Source: an uncultured Flavobacteriaceae bacterium
GTDB lineage: Bacteria; Bacteroidota; Bacteroidia; Flavobacteriales; Flavobacteriaceae
DNA: 64,000 bases
Reading direction: 5' to 3'
Assembly: GCA_938029725.1 (NCBI GenBank)
Contig: CALHGE010000027.1
Coordinates: 8,592-72,591 of the forward strand
A program made the position numbers and the translations under genes. Under the pieces are notes generated by a model. The model had not been told where the DNA came from, did not search any database, and was given only the letters and a program-made list of their open reading frames with translations. Each line of letters begins with the position of its first letter. Positions within the stretch are counted from its first letter, which is position 1. Positions 9,374 through 22,900 of the stretch are shown in pieces.

Positions 9374-10766
9374 TAATTACATAATTCTCTAAATTCTAAT
9401 TGGCAGTTCACAACCCAACCAAAGTAGCTGCCACTTTCAACATCAGAACAGCCTCATAAAATTGGTTTTGACTTCTTTGTTGCCGCTCTCTATTACATTT
9501 AAAAAATTATAAGTGCCCTTTTAAAAACACGCTTGAGTTGAAATAAGATTTTGTTATTTCATAATTACGCATGTATTTCCTTTAAATTTACTCGTATGCC
9601 TCTTTGTTTTATTGTTATATAATTAGCGATCACTATTCTTAATCACCGCTCTATATTTTTCACCATACAAGCCTTAACCTTTTTTAAATACTAAAATAGT
9701 AAACTACTTAACGTATTAAAACATGCCTTCCGGAAACAACGTTTGATGCCTTATCTTACAAGTCAGTTGGGTCATCAAAGAATTAAAACATCCGCAACTT
9801 CAGGCCAGCATACTGCACTAGACTTTGATTCAATCATTGGCTGCTAGTTTGGAAGCCTATAGTCTCATCATTACATTCACCCTAAAAATGAGCTCAGTCA
9901 TTTTATTCTCAAAACCAGGGTAGTGTTAAAAGTTAAAGCTTCCTTGTAAATAAACTGCTTTTTATTCCTTGAAATACAAAGAATCTAATACTGAGTTCTT
10001 CCAAAGTTAATGTAAGACTTCCTCCTAAAAAGTTGAATTCTTCATCTAAGACCTGTTGAACATTAGAACCCCAAACGGCTGAGTGTGTAATTGAAAACGA
10101 GAATTTCCGATACACTAAAATCACCAACTAATCCATATAATTTTCATGTTTTAATTGCTATTGCTCTAAAGGTTTCACAAAAACACGAATGCATATGGGC
10201 GCTAATAATCAGAAAAAACTCCACACATCAGGTATCTTTTTTAGCCAATTACTTGGCATATTCTGATCCGTTTTTATAAAAAAGTTAAGGATGATTTTTA
10301 TAAAATCAGGCCAAGCATTTTTCTTCGCTAGGTATCATTTAACTTTTTTTACGACGCTCTTTTATTTCTTCTAAAGATTAAAAAGAGTCTAAATACTACC
10401 CAAAAATGAACGCAATTATCGCATTTGGTTCCGCTATTTAAAATAAAAGGAGGCGTTAAAAGCCAAATAAAAAGCAACGGTTTTTGGGAATACTCCGCTC
10501 TAATTAAAACTGATTATCGCACTAAAAACTCCTCTTTTATTTCGGTTTAATTATTTGATTTTAGTAATAAAATGATTTTTTCTCAGCTAAATTTACTTAC
10601 TAAAAAACCAAGTAATTCTTTTTTTAAGGCTCTAAAAAGTGAGTTAAAACTGCCCGAATTCTCAATTCGGCTGATATTTCATAATTTTTATCCCTTTGTA
10701 GAAAACCCTGTGTTTTAAGCAACATAAAGCTCTTCATTATCTCCTTACCCCTGCCTTTTAGTAATT

Positions 10767-10833
10767 CACAACATAATTTAGGCATGCCACAACATTAAAT
10801 TCTACCCCTCAATATTAAACTCAATATTTGTTA
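10767..10833 (+). promoter_or_regulatory. Conserved upstream module of the giant T9SS cargo gene (two CACAACA repeats plus ATATTTGTTA)
   Basis: CACAACA at 10767-10773, CACAACA at 10788-10794 (21 nt apart) and ATATTTGTTA at 10824-10833. Spacing is identical to 4720-4786, and an ungapped alignment of ~80 nt gives about 60% identity by hand count. Confidence 0.4.
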
Positions 10834-10945
10834 ATCATAGCTACTACTATTTTGAGATTAGCTATTCCAAAAAGTGAATTCCCCAAAATACATTCTTAAG
10901 AGTTAAAAAACAGCTCTCTAGAATCAAACGAAACCTATAGGCAAA

Positions 10946-13900
10946 ATGATTTTTGATTTTACCAAAAAAGTACTCTTTATCAGTATATTTCTTCTGAGTT
11001 TAATTGGGTTTTCGCAAGAATACAACTCATTTGAGGTTCGTTATCAGAACAATATCAAAGGGGATCTCACTTTTATATCGAATCAAATTCTAAATAGGGA
11101 TGGCGGCACGGCTACTACTACACCTGAAAATGGGTACAACAATCTAAGTACAGATACTGATAACGACCCAGAAACTGGAGGGCGTCAAAACTACAATGAC
11201 TATAAGCAAATGCAGTATGTTAATGTAGATCCAGGTACAGGAAGGTTCAATTCTAGTACCGCGAATTTAGTGTTTCCAAATCCTGATTGTAATCTCATTC
11301 GCTATGCTGGTTTGTACTGGTCAGCTACATACCCCAGTGCAACTGCAAATGGCTCTTATGATGGCACAACTTATACCGGAAATACAGTAGCCGTTGGAAC
11401 AGGAAGACAAAATGACTTCAATCAAGTACAATTAAGGGTTCCTGGTGGTGCTTATGTTGGCATAACCGCAGACGAAATTCTGTTCGACGGTTCAACAAGC
11501 ACTGACGCAACGGTTTTACAAAATAGTCCATATGCATGTTACGCCGACATTACCTCCTTAATCACCCCATTAACCAACCCCACAGGAGATTATACAGTGG
11601 CAAATATACGCGCAACAACTGGTGGCTTAACACCAGGAGGTGGTTCGACAGGGGGTTGGACCCTTGTTATTGTATATGAAAATCCAAACTTAACCGGAAA
11701 ACTGATTACAACATTTGATGGTTTTGCTAGGGTAAGAAACACAGACCAAGTAGACATTCCATATAACGGATTTACTACAATTCCTAGTGGCCAAGTAAAC
11801 GCAGATATTGGTGCTGCCACTCTAGAAGGAGATTTTAGAATTACCGGTGATCGCATGCAGATTAGTGCTGCTAGTAATGCTGGTTTTACCACAATGAGTA
11901 ATGGAAGTAACCCTGCAGATAACTTTTTTAATAGCAATATTACACTGAACGGAGTAGACCTTCCAGGTCGAACTCCAAGTAGCTCAAATACCCTAGGCTT
12001 TGATACCGATATCTTTACCCTAAATAATTTTGCCAACTCCGTAATTCCAAACAACGAAACTGCCGCAACCTTTAGATTTGAAACTAATGGTGATCAATTT
12101 TACCCTTACTTCAATTCCTTTAATATTGAAATAATTGAACCTGATATTATCCTTGAAAAACGAGTGGAAGATATTGCCGGAAACGATATTACCGGTCTAG
12201 GCGTAAACCTAGGTCAAACCTTAGATTATGTGCTTTCTTTTCGAAATTTAGGAAATGATGACGGTACCAGTTATACCATTCGTGATGTGTTACCGATCAA
12301 CGTAACCTTAGATGAGAGTAGCTATGTTCTCCCTACAGGGATGCTGCCCCCTACATACAATCCAGCAACAAGAACAGTGCTATTTACAGTTCCAGACGCT
12401 CTCGTTCAAATGAGTGACCCAGTCTCGTCTATTCGAATGCGGGTACGGGTAGCTGAGAATTGCTATGACTTCATTGATGCTTGTACCGACCTGATTCAAA
12501 ACGTAGCCTATTCAACATATCGAGGGGTTGTCAATGACAACCAAATTACAGATGACCCAAGTGTTACCGATTTCAACACCTGTGGCTTCATTATTCCGGG
12601 TGCCACTAACTTTTTATTGGACGATTTAGAGAACTGTAATTTTACCAGAACAGTACAGCTTTGTGGTGATAGCGTACTTTTAGATGCGGGTAACAATTTT
12701 GACACCTATGTTTGGGTAAGCGATGACAATGCTAATGGCCTTTTCGATGCTACCGATACCGTACTACAAACAGGTACTTCAGACACCTTGTTAATAACAC
12801 AAGAAGGCACCTATATCGTTGATAAAATTGTGGCTGACCCATGTAAGGGCTTCAAAGAAATTTTTGTGGTTGAGCGTTTTGGTAGTAACACAGTAAACCC
12901 TATCATCGAATACTTCAATACGGTGAATGCCGATGCTGATGTAACCAACAATATTGAAGGAGAAATTACAACCTGTAGTATTGATGGTGACCAATTGGCG
13001 AAAATCTTTCTATGTGGCGCGGGTGATTCTCAGATTTTACAAACTAATATAACAGATGCTCAAACCATTTCGTGGGAACAATTGGATGAAAGTTCTTGTA
13101 CCGCAGCACCCGATGATTGTGCAAATAAAAATGCAACCTGTGGCTGGACTCAAGTTGCCACAGGTAGTTCACATACTGTAAATTCCGCTGGCAAATTTCG
13201 CTTGGTGGTAACCTACCAAAATGGATGTTTTAATCGTTTTTACTTTGATGTTTTCCAAAACAACTTGACCGTTGCTTACGAAATAAGAGATATCATTTGT
13301 ACTACAGATGGGTACATTAATATTACCAACCTTGGTAATGGCTATGGCTTTGAATTAATCGATATTACAAACAATACCATCCTCGTTCCTTTTAGTGCCA
13401 ATAACGGACCTAATTTTTCTATTAGCTCAAATGGTCAATATCGCGTAGATGTTGTTCAATTAGACACCAGCGGAAACCCAATTCCGAATGCCTGTATTTT
13501 CAGCACTCCAGATATTGGAATACGAGAGAGAGATTTTCAGGTCGATATCACAACGACACCCGCGAACTGTAATGCTCAGGGGAGTATACAGGTTGATATT
13601 TTAAATGTTGACCCTAATTATACTTATATCTTAAGAAGACTAGACGGAACCTTAATAGATGACGAAACTGCTCAGCTTGACAATACACACACTTTTAACG
13701 TAAACGCAGGAGATTATACAATTGAGGTTGCCACAGACGACGGTTGTACTTTTTCGCAAAATGTAACTGTTGCTAGAACCCTAGACCCCACGATCTCTGC
13801 TTTATTGACTAGAGACATTGGCTGTTCTGCCGGAATGATAACGATGACTGCTGCGGACGGCTTTCCAAACCCTGATTACGGATTTGCCATTTGGAGTTGG

Positions 13901-16900
13901 AGTGGTGATACTTCACCCAGATATAGCACAATTTCAGATATTCCTGGCAGCGCTTACCAAGTAGAAACTGTTTTTACCTTCGGATGGAGAGATACTGATT
14001 TTGATTCTGTAGACGAATATTTCTCAGGAGAAGACGGCACCTATGTATTTGTTGTTGTTGATGCAAACGGATGTTCTGCCCTTTCTAACCCTGTAACCAT
14101 ATCAGATAACGGAGCAATGACGCTGTCTATTACTGAAGATGCTTTCGTGAGTTGTAGCGGCAGTAACGATGCTGCAATTACAATCGTTACGGCAGGCGGA
14201 ATCGGTCCATTTACCTATAGTATAGATGGTGGAACAACGATACAATCCACGCCAGCTTTTGTTGGTCTATCTGCAGGAGCCTATGCTGTTCAAGTAACTG
14301 ATAGTTCAGGTTGTACTATTGATCTTATACATGATATATCGGAGCCGTTTCCGCTATCTGCTTCTTCAGGTGTTTCGAGAGATGCTACCTGTGATCCAAT
14401 GGGGGCAGAGGTGCGAATTACAAACGTTGTCGGCGGTTCTGCGCCCTACCTTTATAGTTTTGACGGCGGAGCAACCTATGGCGCTTCAAGTCTGGCCGTT
14501 TTACCTGTAGGAACCTATACCGTGATTGTAAGAGATGATACCGGTTGTGAGTTTCCAATGGTTGTTGCCGTTGAAGACACACCTCCTCCTCCTGGAGTTT
14601 CTCTAACCCCTGAAATAAACTATAATTGTGACGGTTCTGGAACCATTACGGCAACCCCAAGCATAGGAACATATAATTATACGTACGAATTAGACGGCGT
14701 GCTAAATTCTCCAGACCCTTCTAGTAACGTTTTTCTAAATGTTTCTCCGGGTACTTATACGGTTAGAACAAACTATGTTGCGGCAGCGCCGCCAACACCA
14801 AGTTTGCTTTTAAATGAAGATTTTGGAAATGGCTTAACCATTCAAAATCCGAATACAACTGGGTATTTCTACGAAAATCAAACAAACGGCACCAATCCAA
14901 ATATGAGGCCGGGAGACACCAATAGCAACATCAACGACTATGAATATGCTGTAACTAGCGATATTGTTGCCCCTTTTGGTGCTTGGATACGACCCGACGA
15001 TCACACTAGTAACGGCACTATTGCCGATGGCCGGTTCCTAGTTATTAATATTGGAGCGCCCACCCCTGGTCAAATCATTTACCAAAAAGTAATAAATGAT
15101 ATTATACCCAACCAGCCGCTAGACATTTCATTATGGTTGATAAACCTTGTTCGTTCAACCAGTTCTATCGTAGAACCTGATTTAACAATAGAACTTCGAG
15201 ACACCACAACAGGGGTGGTAGTTGCGACCGCAAATAGTGGTGCAGTGCCCAACAATGAGATTTGGAATCAATATATTCTTCCTTTAAACCCAGGAGCAAA
15301 TACAAGCTTAGATTTAGTAATAACGACAAACGAAAGTAGAATTAGTGGTAACGATGTTGCTATTGATGATATAACGGTCTATCAAACACCTGAGGTTTGC
15401 CCATTATTCGTTGAAACACCGGTTACTGTTGTTGCGGGTCTTGTTTTCGGATCAACCGGAGTAGGATCAACCAATGTTAGCTGTAATGGTTTGGCTGATG
15501 CCGCCATCACTTTTGAAGTTGAAAATTTTGACGCCACGGCTGGCTTCGAATATTCTGTTGACGGAGGAACCACATATATCGGTTCTTTAACTTCTCCTGT
15601 TACTACAGGGGCTATTTTCGGTGCAGGAAGTCATACTATTTTGATTCGAAAGGCGAATGAAATAACATGTACAAGCGCTGTAACAACAGCAATTTCTGAA
15701 CCTGCTGCCCTAATTGCAAGCGCTTCAATCACAAGGCCAATAAGTTGTATTAATGGAGGAGCTACAATAACAGCCAGTGCTACAGGTGGACTTCCAACCT
15801 ACCAGTATCAATTAGAAGATACCAGTGGTACTGTCCTTACTGCTTACCAAGCAGAAACAACCTTTACAGGTGTTGCTGCGGGCGATTATATCATTCGCGT
15901 TAGAGACAATACTCTATGTGAAGACTCTATTGATGCCGTATTAACTGTAGCGCCTACCAATGCAATTCTATTTGATCTCGTTGAAACCACTTGCTATTCT
16001 GGAGCTAACGATGCTTCAATACAAGTCAACGTAACTGATGGAAACGGAGCGTATACCTTTAGCATAAACGGCGGACCATGGCTAACACCAACTCCGTCAA
16101 ACGCAACAACGCATACCTTTGAAAACTTAGCCAATGGCTCCTACACTATTAATGTTAGCGATGGTTCAGGTTGTATTGGTGTACTTCAAAATATAACTAT
16201 TAACCCTGAATTAACCGTTTCAGCAAATGCCCCAATAATTAGTGCATGCGCAACAAGTACTGATGTAACAATAACCGCATCTGGTGGAGATCTCAGCTAT
16301 GTCTACGCTGTAGTTCCAACCGGAAATACAGTAGTTGATGGTGATTTTAACACGACCAACCCAGTAACAGGTTTTACTTCAGGTACATACGATGTTCACG
16401 TTCGTGACAATAACGGCGCTGCTGGATACTGCTTCGATGTACATACTCTAACTATTGTTCAAGATGCTCCTATTACTATAACTCCAAGCCCTACAGCCGT
16501 TAGCTGTTTCGGTGGAGCCGATGGCGCTATCAATATTGTAGTTGATTCAGGAGGTTTTGGTCCTTTTGAATACAGTATCGACGGCGGTGCTACCTATGTT
16601 GCGGGAACTTCGTTTGTGAACCTTGCCGCAGGAACATATTCTGTTCTGGTGCGTGATGCGAACCTTTGCGAGACTACACCAGCTGATGTAATCGTTACAC
16701 AGCCCGCTCAACTCGTTGCTGAGGCTGTTCTAACACAAGATTATACTTGTATCCAGCTAGGGCAGATTAGCGTTGGTAGCGTAACACCTACAGCTGGCGG
16801 TTCTGGAAATTACCAATACAGCATCAATGGTGGAACATGGACTGCTTCTACAACAGGTGGACATACTTTTGTTGACCTTTTAGATGGAACATACAGCATC

Positions 16901-19900
16901 CGTTTTCGTGATGCCAATACCATTTCATGTGAAAATACAATTGCGGATGTACTCATTAGTCCCTTACCAATTGCCCCTGTTTTAACTTCAGCTATCAGTT
17001 ACAATTGTGATGGGTCTGGCGATATTACAATCACTCCTTTTGATGCCAGTTATACGTACATTCTAGATGGTGTACTTCCTGGTCAAACCGGTGCGAGTTC
17101 AAACGTGCTTACCAATGTTGCCGTTGGAACACACACCGTTACACTTAGCTATGGAAGTGATTGTAGTGTAGATCTTGCGGTAATCGTAGCGCCAGGAAAC
17201 GCGTTTGAAGCATCCATAACAGCTTTTGAAAACCTTGATTGTAACGCCGATAATTCGGGAACAATCACCATCACAGCAGACAATTTTGGTGCAGGTGGAT
17301 TTGAATATAGCTTGAACAGTGCTGCCTTTGTTGGTCCATTTACAACACCCGAACAAATTACGGGTCTTGCGGCTCAGGCACACAGTATCGTAGTTCGTGA
17401 CTTTGATGACCCAGTTGCAGGTTGTACAATCACCTTAAACCAAACACTTACAGAGCCAACCATACTAGTAGCAGCTGCTTCGGTTACCGAAGCCTTTACT
17501 TGTAATAATACAGGGGCAACCATTACAGCTAGCGCTACTGGTGGTACTCCAGCCTACGAATACCAATTGGAAGATACTCTTGGAGGAATAATTACTCCAT
17601 ATCAAACAATAACAAGTTTTACAAATCTTGCAACAGGCGATTATATTATTCTTGCTAGAGATACAAACAATTGTTCTGACCCTATAGATACAGCAATCAC
17701 AGTTTTAGCTCCTGTAAGTCCAACTTTTACGGCTACTCCAACAGCGTGTTATTCAGGTGCAAATGATGGTTCAATTTTAGTAGATGTCACTTCATTGCCT
17801 GGTAATGGGAGTTTCCAATTTAGTTTAAATTCTGGCCCATGGATAACTCCTACACCCCCAACCGCTATAGCATATACTTTCGAAAACCTAGCAAACGGAA
17901 CCTATACCATAGATCTTCGTGATGCATTTGGTTGCACAGCTGCTCAGCAATCAATTAGCATTAACCCACAAGTAACCGCCAATGCCGTATTAACACAAAA
18001 CCTCACCTGTTTGGTAGATGCGTCCATTGCTATTACAGCAAATGGAGGTTCTGGATCCTATTCCTATGAATGGGGAAATACAGCAACCGGGCCATGGAAT
18101 ACTTCGAATTTCACTTCGAATGTGTTTACAACCAATACAGATGGCGCTTATTTCTTTAGAGTACTAGATACAACAGTCCCGACAGCCTGTGAGGTAATTT
18201 CAAATTCTGTTATAATTACTCCGGCTGTATTACCTGTGATTACAAGTATAACGCCAACAAATTTAACCTGTAACGCTGATAACTCTGGTGCTTTAGATAT
18301 TGTTTTCGATGCCAGTATAGGATTAGCTGTGTTCGTTATCAATGTACAAAATACATCAACAGCTACAGACTATGGAACACAAACTTCTGGGCTTCCAGCT
18401 GGTAATTACACGGTTACCTTAACAGATGCTAAAGGATGTGTAGACAGCGAAATAGCAGTTATTACAGAACCTGATCCAATTAATTACTTGGCAACTAGTG
18501 TTCCTATTACTTGTGATTCAGTTGGTTTGAGCACCAATCCAGGTTCTATAACAATTAGCGGAACCACTGGAGGAACTCCTGAATACACCTATATCTTAAC
18601 TGCAAACAATGGTATTGCTACGCAAACTTATACGACAACTTCAATAGCCAGAGACCATACTTTCAATATTTTAAACTTCGGTATTTATCAGATTGATATT
18701 GTAGATGCCAACGGATGTGCCTCCTTCTCAACAGAGATCATCGCATCACCGCCCAATGATTTAGATATTGATGTAAGTACAGCAACCGTCAACTGTGCAA
18801 CAGGCGGAACAGCTATTGTTACCGTGGGTGCAGCAGTAGGAAGTGGGACTTACGAATTTGCAATTTTAGAAAACTTTACGTCTCCATATTCAAGTACCTA
18901 TGTTGGTCCAGATCCAACGCCCGTCGGCAACACTGATACGGCTACGTTTACAGGTCTCACCCCAGGTATTACCTATACGTTTGTGGTACATGATTTGACG
19001 ACCAACTGTTATTATTTTGAAACGGCAGATGCGCCTATAGATTCGCCATCAAATATAACATCTGTCTTAGACGCCGTAGCAAATGTAACCTGTACAGGTT
19101 CATCTGATGGCAACATCTCATTTACTTTTGATAATTATGATGCTGGAGCAACAGCGGTTAACTATGAGATTTTTAATTCACAGTCGAATGTAACAACAGG
19201 CGATACCGGAACTTCCGCTGTAAACCCACCAACTGGTGCGGTCACAGTTGCGAATTTCGCGAGCTTAGCTCCAGGAGAATATTACCTATTATTTTCTGAA
19301 GTAGGAGGTCCGTTTGCGGGCTGTACCGTATTTGGAGGAGAATTCAGTATTCGTGAATCAGTAAATCTTTTAGATCTTAGCCTAGCAATAACCAAAAATG
19401 ACAATTGTAACACAAATGCTGGTGTCATCACAGCCACTGGCCAGTTTGGCACTGCTCCTTATGAGTATCAGTTTTTGCCAACAGGGGCAATCGCACCAAC
19501 ACTTGCTACTTGGGCCGGGTCCGCAATCAATGTATTTAATGGCGAAGGTGCTACCTATGACGTATATATCAAAGATGCTAATAATTGTATTCAATTTGAC
19601 ATCATTTTACTGCCTACAGAACCGTCTCCAGAAATATCTGTAGCACTTGTTGATGAATGTGTTCCTGAAGGAACTTATCAAGTTGTAGTATCACTAGATG
19701 TTGTTGGAATCTCACCATATTCTTTGAGCGTAAATGGTGCCGCTTTCCAAAACATGACTTTTAATGGAAGTAACCAATTTACAATTTCCAACCTAAGCTC
19801 TGGAGCAGCACAAACTGTAGAAATTCAGGATTTAAATGGTTGTGGAGAACTAGAGAGTTTTACCATTCAACCACCTCTACAATTCAATGCAACACTAACA

Positions 19901-22900
19901 ACATTATTGGATTGCGAAATAGCACCAGCGAGTAACGCCGAAATAACAATTGATATTAGCGCCGGTTCTGGCAACTACGAATATGAAATTACAGGGCCGA
20001 TTAATGAGGCAAGAACTGCCCTCCCTTCAGACCCTTTTGTTTGGGCTTTAGCAAGTGCTGCGGGCACATATCGAGTAACCATTTATGATATGAGCACCGC
20101 CATACCGAACTGTAGTAGGTTTATAGATGTTCTTGTGCCACCGGCAGTACTACCTATATTTACAGAAGTACACGCTGATGTTACTTGCAATGGCGCTACA
20201 GATGGAACAATAACTTTAACAGAAACGCCAACAGGTGTTAATCCGTTAACGTATAGTATTACTCCTGCGCTAGGAACTTTCAATGCCGCAACAAATACCT
20301 TTGAAAACCTTCCTGTTGGAAACTATACAGTTACTGGAAGAGGTGCCAATAATTGTCCACTTGATCTCATAGGAATTAGTATCGGTGAACCTGCAATCAT
20401 AACTATTCCTGCTCCCGCAGTAGTTGAATTTGCATGTGCCTTAGGTAACAACCAAAATAACGCAACAATTACTATTGATGATACCGCTATAACAGGGGGA
20501 AGTAATACCTATGTCCGTTATGAATTTATTAACGACCAAGGAACTCCTGCTGCGGGTGATGATGTGGTTGTACAAAATGGTACAAACTTAGTATATACGG
20601 AAACAAGTATCGCAGGTGGAACTTATATCATTAATGCCTATGACGACAACGGTTGTATAGGAACAACAACAGCAACTATTTTGCCTTATGTTTCTATTAC
20701 TGACCCAACAGTAACTATTACTCAAGACATTACATGTAGCCCTGGTAATGATGCCGAATTAACTATAGGTATAACAATTACACCAGCAGCAGGTGCAACT
20801 AATATATCATATGCCGTAGCCGGAACTGACAATGCTTACAACGCACCAAGCCAAGCATCAAATGTATTTACAGCTTTGGGTATTGGAAACTATTTGGTAA
20901 CAGTAACCAACAGCCTAACGGGTTGCTTGGTTCAAACAACATTTGAAATAGAAGACCCGAACACTTTTGAGATCGCTACTACCGTCACCCCTGCAGTTTG
21001 TTTTGGAGATGATGGCTCTGTTAGCTTTACTATAAGCGATCTTATCAGCCCATATGCTGGTGGATTTGCGTGGCAAATTTATGAGTCTCAAGGCACCCTT
21101 GCCCTCGGTGATGATCTTCTTATCATAGGAGCAACTGGGGTTTCAGCAACTATTGGTCCAACAACGCCTTTTGCTATCGCGGCAGGAGAATATCGTGTTG
21201 AGGTGACTCAAGATTCAGACCCCTCCTGTGTAAACAATGCGTTTTTTAGCATTGCTAGCCCAAGTGCTGCTATTACAGCGAACACTTCTGCAACACAAAT
21301 CACTTGTGTCGGTAACGATGGCGTAATCGAGATTATCGATGTGCTCGGTGGTTGGGGTGATTATCAATATTATGTAGGTACAGTAGCTCCAACTGTAGTT
21401 GGTGATTATGTAGCCACACTAAGATTCGATTCTCTAGCGCCTGGTACTTATCAGGCATGGGTAATCGATCAGAACGGTTGCCAAGCAGAAGTACAAAATA
21501 CAATCGTACTTGCTGACCCAACACCTATTAACGCTACATTGCAACTTAACCAACCTAATTGTCCGAACTTCGCTGGAGAGATAGCGGTTATTGGCATAAC
21601 TGGTGGTCAAGGTAGTACCTATAGCTACCAACTAATAAAAGATGGTACACCGCTCGGTACGCCTCAGAATACAAGCGTATTCTCAGGTCTAGATGCTGGA
21701 AGCTATACCGTACAAATTAACGACCAGTGGTCTTGTACATTTACTACAGCTGCGCAGTTATTGTACGAGCCTATTGTTCCTTTAGCAAGCATTACAAAAA
21801 CTATTGATTGCACGCTTGACCCTGGCGGACAAATTACAATCACTCAAAATGGTGGTTCTGGTGCTTTCGATTACCTAGTGACCTTCCCAGATTTAACTAC
21901 GACAGCATCAAATACTACTGGTGTATTTACAACATTAACTCAAGTTGGTGATTATATGTTCACGATTACTGATCAAGCTATTGGTCATGCTTGTCCAGTA
22001 ACGATTATACAAAACTTACAAGACATCGTGCTTCCTGTACTCACTATTGATAACGCTACAAACGTAACTTGTAACACGGCAGATGACGGTACAATTACGG
22101 TGAGTACTATCGATAATGGCGCAGGACCCTATACCTTTGAAATTATATCTGGCCCTGGTAGCTCGGTTAGCTTTCCGATAGCGGCAACGTCTAACACGGC
22201 TACATCGGCCATCTTTACCGGACTTGAAGGGAGCGCTGCAGGTATTACCTATACTATCAGAGCTAGGGGTGCCAATAATTGTACTGCCGATATTTCGGAG
22301 CTAATAACGCAACCTCTTCTTATTGTTATTCCACTTCCAACTGTAGTACAGTTCGCGTGTAACGCAGGTAATAATACCGATAACGCAACTATTACGATAG
22401 CTACTCCTACTGGTGGTTCTGGAACTTACCTTAGATATGAATTCATTAACGACCAGGGAACTGCAACTACTGTTGATGATATTCTTGTACAAAATGGGTC
22501 TAACAATAGCTATACAGAATCCAATTTTACCGGAGGCAACTATATGATTAATGTCTACGATGACAATGGGTGTATGAGTACCCAGAGCGCTACTATTAAT
22601 CCGTTTGTTTCCATTAGCAATCCAACGGTAACTGTTACACAAGCTGTTACTTGCAACCCCGTAATTCTTGAGGAAATTCAGGTTGGTGTTACGGTAACCC
22701 CTACTTCTGGATTAACAAACCTTGAGTATACGACAACAGGTACAAACCTTGTCTATAATCAAACCAATGCAACTGGCTTATTTACAGGTCTTGGTGTAGG
22801 TAACTATGCTATTTCTATAACAAATCTTACTACAGGATGTATCGTTCAAACCACACATGAAATACTTGATCCTGATGTTATTCGAGCTGTAATTACGAAG

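Noticed and set aside
9933-10279. Two overlapping short ORFs (9933-10127 minus, 10091-10279 plus) in the 1.4-kb non-coding gap.
   Set aside because: Each is only 62-64 aa, with no recognisable motifs, signal peptides or promoter context, and they overlap each other on opposite strands. I treat them as chance ORFs, but the region as a whole is flagged as a finding.
11590-12054. 154-aa minus-strand ORF antisense to the N-terminal head of the giant adhesin. The many other 60-113-aa antisense or alternate-frame ORFs inside 10946-25423 (for example 17099-17383, 19398-19643, 22301-22642) belong to the same class.
   Set aside because: They lie entirely within a strongly supported long ORF. Their translations are low-complexity or random-looking with no motifs. 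Such shadow ORFs are expected in long repetitive genes.
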